A stretch of DNA of 64,000 nt from an uncultured SAR86 cluster bacterium. Lineage in GTDB: Bacteria; Pseudomonadota; Gammaproteobacteria; Magnimaribacterales; AG-339-G14. A program made the translations under genes and the position numbers. The notes below the pieces were generated by a model. It ran no database searches, had not been told where the DNA came from, and saw nothing but the letters and a program-made list of their open reading frames with translations. Below are positions 57,754-64,000 of this stretch, piece by piece (within the stretch, counting starts at the first letter, position 1; each line of letters starts with the position of its first letter). Location of the stretch: positions 5,969 through 69,968 of the forward strand of contig CACMKG010000001.1 in assembly GCA_902614235.1 (NCBI GenBank), given 5' to 3'.

Positions 57754-58704
57754 TTGAAAATGGAAAATTACGTAATAAAAATAGTTCCTTCAGATCATTC
57801 AGGTCAAAGACTAGACTCAGTAATTGCAAAGTTATTTCCAGATTTTTCGAGATCTAAATTAAAAAATTGGATAGATTCAGGTGCTGTCTTTGTGAATAAT
57901 GACCCTTTAATAAAACCTAGCAAAAAAGTAACTGGCGGCGAGGAAATCAAAATTTTCATTGAAGAAGAAAAAATGGTTTCTGCAGAACCACAAGATATTC
58001 CATTTCAAGTAATCCACGAATCGATAGATTTTTTAATAGTTAATAAAGACGCTGGAATGGTCGTTCATCCTGGAGCAGGAAACCATAAAAATACTTTATT
58101 AAATGCTCTTTTATTCAAATTTCCAGAGCTAGAAAATCTTCCAAGAGCTGGAATTGTTCATCGGTTAGATAAAGAAACCTCGGGTTTAATGATTGTTGCT
58201 CGAAGTCAAAATGCTTACAAAAACTTGTCTGAGCAAATTTCACAAAGGTTGGTCAAAAGAACCTATCAGGCTTTTGTGGTTGGAAATGTATCCAGATCAG
58301 GAAGAGTTGAAGAACCTGTTGGCAGACATCCGCGCAATCGTCAAAAGCAAGCTGTTACTGATAAAGGAAAATATGCATTAACTAAATATTTCATTGTAAA
58401 AAAATATGGAAATTACACACATTTAGAAGTTAATTTGGAAACTGGAAGGACGCATCAAATTCGTGTCCATATGAGTCACATCGGGTTTCCATTAATTGGC
58501 GATGTTCTTTATGGCAGAAAAAAAAGATTTGCAAAATCAACTAATTCTGACTTGAGGGAAGTAATTGAAAAATTTCCACGTCAAGCTTTGCATGCTTCTA
58601 ATCTATCTTTTGAAGAAGTAGATAAGAAAAAAATAGTGAGTTTTAAAAGTCCATTGCCTGAAGACATATTAAATTTAGAAAAAAACTTAAAAAACTTAAC
58701 TTGA
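57754..58704 (+). CDS. rluD: 23S rRNA pseudouridine(1911/1915/1917) synthase
   Basis: S4 domain (QRLDSVIAKLF), catalytic HRLDKETSGLM, GRTHQIRVH. Start is either TTG at 57754 or ATG at 57760. Confidence 0.92.
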   Translation: MKMENYVIKIVPSDHSGQRLDSVIAKLFPDFSRSKLKNWIDSGAVFVNNDPLIKPSKKVTGGEEIKIFIEEEKMVSAEPQDIPFQVIHESIDFLIVNKDAGMVVHPGAGNHKNTLLNALLFKFPELENLPRAGIVHRLDKETSGLMIVARSQNAYKNLSEQISQRLVKRTYQAFVVGNVSRSGRVEEPVGRHPRNRQKQAVTDKGKYALTKYFIVKKYGNYTHLEVNLETGRTHQIRVHMSHIGFPLIGDVLYGRKKRFAKSTNSDLREVIEKFPRQALHASNLSFEEVDKKKIVSFKSPLPEDILNLEKNLKNLT

Positions 58705-58779
58705 ATTTTTCTTGACTTGGCATAAAGGGGTGTCAAAATTCGGTTCCTTGTAACGTTTTCAACTATTTTGTAACTGCAA

Positions 58780-60518
58780 ATGGATAAAAATATGACTTCT
58801 GGTGGAGAGGCTCTAATTAGGGCACTGTCAGATGAAAAAATAGACATCATTTTCGGCTATCCGGGCGGTGCCGCTTTGCATATATATGATGCAATTTATC
58901 AACAAGATAAAGTTCAACACATTTTAGTTAGACATGAGCAAGCAGCCGTTCATGCAGCAGACGGATTTGCTAGAGCTACTGGCAAAACTGGAGTTGCTTT
59001 AGTGACATCAGGTCCAGGAGCTACAAATGCCATCACAGGTATCGCAACCGCTTATATGGATTCAATTCCTTTAGTTGTTATTTCAGGACAAGTCGCCAGT
59101 CATCTAATTGGAACTGATGCTTTTCAGGAAACAGATATGATTGGTATTTCAAGACCAATTGTTAAGCACAGTTTTTTAGTACAAAGTGCTGAAGAAATTC
59201 CAGCAATAGTAAAAAAAGCTTTCCACATTGCTTCGTCAGGTAGGCCGGGACCTGTAGTTATTGATGTTCCAAAGGATATGACCGATCCTAAAGTTGAGTT
59301 TGAATATAAATTTCCAAAAGATCTTTATCTGAGATCTTATCCAATTTTAGGCAAAGCAGATCCAACAGAAGTATCTGATGCCGTCAAAATGCTCAAAGCA
59401 GCTAAAAAACCAGTTATTTATTCTGGTGGTGGCGTGATTCAATCAGATGCTTCTGAAGAGTTAGTAAATTTATCTAAAATGATTGGAGCCCCAGTTACTA
59501 ATACTTTAATGGGTTTAGGAGCATTTCCTGCAACGGATAATCAATTTATCGGTATGTTAGGTATGCATGGCACATATGAAGCAAATATGGTTATGAGTGA
59601 AGCTGATCTCATTTTCAATGTTGGCGCAAGGTTCGACGATAGAATTACCAACAACCCAAAAAAGTTTGGTCTGGAAGCAAAAAAAATTCACATTGATTCT
59701 GATCCTTCTTCGATAGATAAAATTATTAATGTCGATGTTGCTTTACAAGGCGATGCAAAACTTGTTTTGTCACAACTTTGTAAAGAATTTGAGAATTCCA
59801 AATTGAAAAACACAGATCTTAAGCCTTGGTGGGGTCAGATTAATGAGTGGAAGGAAAAGCATGGTTTGAATCACAATATGTTAAATTTAGAAAACCAAAA
59901 AGATATAATTCTTCCGCAACAAGTAATTCAGTCGCTCTATAAAGTTACGAAAGGAAAAGCTTTTATAACTTCTGACGTTGGGCAACATCAAATGTTCGCT
60001 GCTCAGTACTACAAATTTGATGAACCAAGAAAATGGATAAACTCTGGAGGTCTGGGAACTATGGGATTTGGGCTGCCCTCTGCGATGGGCGTTAAATTCG
60101 CTTTTCCAGATGCAGATGTCGCTTGCGTCACTGGAGAAGGCAGCATTCAAATGTGTATTCAAGAGCTTTCAACCTGCAGTCAATATGGACTTCCTGTAAA
60201 AATTATAAATCTTAACAATAGGGCATTGGGCATGGTAAAGCAGTGGCAAGATATGCAATACGGAGGCAGATATTCAAGCATTTCCTACGAAGATTCTCTT
60301 CCCGATTTTGTTAAATTAGCTGAATCGTTTGGGCATGTTGGCTTGAAGGTAGAAAAGTTTTCTGAATTAAATGAGGCCATGGAAGAAGCTTTTTCCCTTA
60401 AAGATAAATTGGTTTTTTTAGATGTTTTAATTGATCCAGACGAGCATGTTTATCCGATGTTAGAAGCCGGTGGCTCAATGTCAGAAATGAGAATCAGTAA
60501 AAAAGATAAAACCTTCTA

Positions 60519-60519
<1 letters not shown>
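58780..60519 (+). CDS. ilvI: acetolactate synthase (acetohydroxyacid synthase) large subunit
   Basis: ThDP enzyme: GYPGGA, RHEQAAVHAADGFAR, GLGTMGFGLPSAMG, GEGSIQM. 579 aa. Followed by the small subunit and ilvC. Confidence 0.95.
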
Positions 60520-62077
<1,558 letters not shown>

Positions 62078-62095
62078 TAAGTATTTTTTAATAAG

Positions 62096-62968
62096 ATGAT
62101 TTTCTTGGATGGAGCTTTAGGTAGCATTCTTCTTCAAAGAGCCAATAAATCATCTACTGGCTTATGGTCGGCCCAGTTTTTGCTCAATGATCCGGCAGCG
62201 ATTACAAAGCTTTATGAAGAATACGTGAGCATTGGCTCAGACTTGATAACGACCAATACCTACTCAACTATTCCAAGTTATTTGGATAAAGAAAATATTT
62301 CTACTCAAATGTCAGAACTTATTGATATTGCTGGCAGGCTTGCAAGAGAAGTTGCCGATAAACACGAAAACTTAAGAGTCGCGGGATCGCTTCCTCCTTT
62401 AGAAGAGAGTTACAGGCCCGATTTAGTTTTAGATGAAACTAAAGCTTTGCCAATTTATAAAACTTTAATAGAGGGGCTCTCGCCCTATGTAGATATTTTT
62501 CTATGTGAGACCATTTCATCAATTCAAGAAACTAAAAATGTTTTAAAGGCACTAGATTTACACAATAAAAATATTCCCATTTGGCTTTCATGGACCCTGA
62601 AAGAAGATAAAAAAAATGTTTTGCGAAGTGGAGAATCTATCGAAGAGGCTTTTGCTTTTGCAGAGCAATATAATCCTGAGGCTTATTTATTCAACTGCAC
62701 AGATCCCAATGCTATCTCATCTGGTTTAGAAGTATTGCGAAATCTTACCGATAAACCTATTGGCGGTTACCCTAATGTTTTTTCAGTTCCTGATGGTTGG
62801 ACTTTGGATAATGATGTTGAGACGCTTAAGAACGATTTGACCAAGGAAAGTTTTCCAATTTTTTGCCAAGCTTGGCGGCAAAAGGGCGCATCGATTTTTG
62901 GCGGTTGTTGCGGCATTGGCCCGGAACTTATGGCTGAGATGATTGCGACACTGAAGCACCAAAATTAA
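62096..62968 (+). CDS. mmuM: homocysteine S-methyltransferase
   Basis: LDGALGS at the N-terminus, CET, NC and GGCCGIGP zinc-ligand motifs. 290 aa. Methyl donor not assignable. Confidence 0.8.
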   Translation: MIFLDGALGSILLQRANKSSTGLWSAQFLLNDPAAITKLYEEYVSIGSDLITTNTYSTIPSYLDKENISTQMSELIDIAGRLAREVADKHENLRVAGSLPPLEESYRPDLVLDETKALPIYKTLIEGLSPYVDIFLCETISSIQETKNVLKALDLHNKNIPIWLSWTLKEDKKNVLRSGESIEEAFAFAEQYNPEAYLFNCTDPNAISSGLEVLRNLTDKPIGGYPNVFSVPDGWTLDNDVETLKNDLTKESFPIFCQAWRQKGASIFGGCCGIGPELMAEMIATLKHQN

Positions 62969-63023
62969 ATTTTCGCTTACTATCCAAATCTATTTCTTGT
63001 ACTATTGTTGTCCCATTTGTAAT

Positions 63024-63100
<77 letters not shown>

Positions 63101-63177
63101 ACTGTTTTCAAGTCTGATACAAAAAGTTTTTTTTTAGCCACACCAAAGATATTTTTTTCGAATAAAATTGTCATGTT

Positions 63178-64000
63178 ATGTGTAAATTTCTTTGTTCATT
63201 AGCTTTCTTTTTTTCGTTGACCTTACTATCTCATCCAGAGTCATCTATTGAGAAATATCCTGCTGAAACAGCGCACTCTCCATCACCTTTGCCAGACAGA
63301 GTTGTTTTAACCTGGAACGATGATCCTGCAACTACTCAAGCTGTTAATTGGCGAACAGATGTATCGGTTAAAGCCGGGCTTGCTCAGCTTGCTATAGCAA
63401 ATACAAATGGAAGAGCTCTTAAGCCAGATGAATTCAAAGCAGAAACAAGTTATTTTAAAAGCGATATCAATGAGGCTCATTATCACAGTGTGACTTTTAA
63501 GAATCTTGAGCCTAATACTCTATATGCCTATAGAGTTGGAGATGGACTAAATTGGACAGAGTACTACCATTTTAAAACTGCAAGTTCTGAAGAAAATCCC
63601 TTCAGTTTCATTTATTTTGGTGATGCACAAAATGAAGTGAGAACTCATTGGTCAAGAGTTTTTAGGGAAGCTTTTCGTGACGCGCCAAGAGCTGCATTTA
63701 CATTACATGCTGGTGATTTGATTGATGAACATAATATGGACTCACAATGGGGTGAATGGCATCAGGGTCCTGATTGGGTAAATGGAACAATTCCTGTCAT
63801 AGCAACTCCAGGCAATCATGAATATCAAAAAGATTCTGAGACTGAAAGAATATGGACAAACAAACAAGGTCAACCTATCAATATTGAAATTGAATCTTTA
63901 AATAATGATAATCCAGAGGTCTTTATCGTTGATATCGAAGACTTCCAAAATAGAACAGGAACAATAAAGATAAAAGATTCCGGAGAAATAATAGATGCCG
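63178..64000 (+). CDS. secreted purple-acid-phosphatase-like metallophosphoesterase, partial (runs off window end)
   Basis: Not in ORF track (no stop). My translation from the ATG at 63178 is MCKFLCSLAFFFSLTLLS... (signal peptide), then RVVLTWNDDPATTQAVNWRT (PAP N-domain), FIYFGDAQN, HAGDLID and ATPGNHEY metallophosphatase motifs. Confidence 0.8.
   Translation, partial: MCKFLCSLAFFFSLTLLSHPESSIEKYPAETAHSPSPLPDRVVLTWNDDPATTQAVNWRTDVSVKAGLAQLAIANTNGRALKPDEFKAETSYFKSDINEAHYHSVTFKNLEPNTLYAYRVGDGLNWTEYYHFKTASSEENPFSFIYFGDAQNEVRTHWSRVFREAFRDAPRAAFTLHAGDLIDEHNMDSQWGEWHQGPDWVNGTIPVIATPGNHEYQKDSETERIWTNKQGQPINIEIESLNNDNPEVFIVDIEDFQNRTGTIKIKDSGEIIDA

Noticed and set aside
58705-58779. Possible ilv leader peptide or attenuator upstream of ilvI, and a TTGACT...CAAAAT promoter-like pair.
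   Set aside because: There is no small ORF rich in Ile/Val/Leu and no terminator/antiterminator hairpins in the 75-nt spacer. The -10 candidate is weak, so I do not report a promoter.
63150-63185. TTGTCAT near the phosphoesterase start, resembling half of a Pho box.
   Set aside because: There is only a single partial half-site and it overlaps the start codon. No second direct repeat occurs at the required 11-nt spacing.

Overview
This is a very AT-rich, extremely gene-dense chromosomal window. About 70 protein genes, two tRNAs and one 6S RNA are packed with almost no non-coding DNA. I found no CRISPR array, transposase, integrase, phage gene or long repeat. Gene order matches classic gammaproteobacterial blocks: fis-purH-purD, gshB-tonB-ruvX, dnaG-rpoD-tRNA(CAU), pepP-ubiH opposite zapA-6S RNA-5-formyl-THF cycloligase, proA-nadD-rsfS-mrdA-rodA-mltB-dacA, leuS-lptE-holA, dsbD-aroQ-accB-accC, bamD/rluD and ilvIH-ilvC. 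My guess is a streamlined marine gammaproteobacterium, but that is inference only. Most of the window is ordinary housekeeping. Two adjacent loci stand out. (1) At 10.5-16.1 kb, an FTR1-type iron permease has no known redox partner. It shares a 90-nt Fur-box-bearing divergent spacer with an operon for a secreted parallel beta-helix protein and a secreted dihaem cytochrome c of unknown role. A TonB-dependent receptor follows, behind an 18/19 Fur box. This is my best candidate for an undescribed periplasmic iron redox/uptake module. (2) At 16.2-23.8 kb, all eight steps from glycine plus succinyl-CoA to protohaem appear to be encoded at one locus. It includes an alphaproteobacterial-style 5-aminolevulinate synthase, a putative HemC-HemD fusion, and an uncharacterised 4-TM ORF coupled to hemJ. 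Smaller curiosities:
- a DsbD reduced to its N-terminal alpha domain;
- six of nine convergent gene junctions overlap;
- a tRNA-Ile(GAU) lies away from any rRNA;
- Dut carries an N-terminal extension.
Three features absent from the ORF track were added by reading the DNA: rpmG, partial purD and a partial 3' metallophosphoesterase. All protein calls rest on motifs and synteny recalled from memory. No alignments, HMM searches or folding programs were run.
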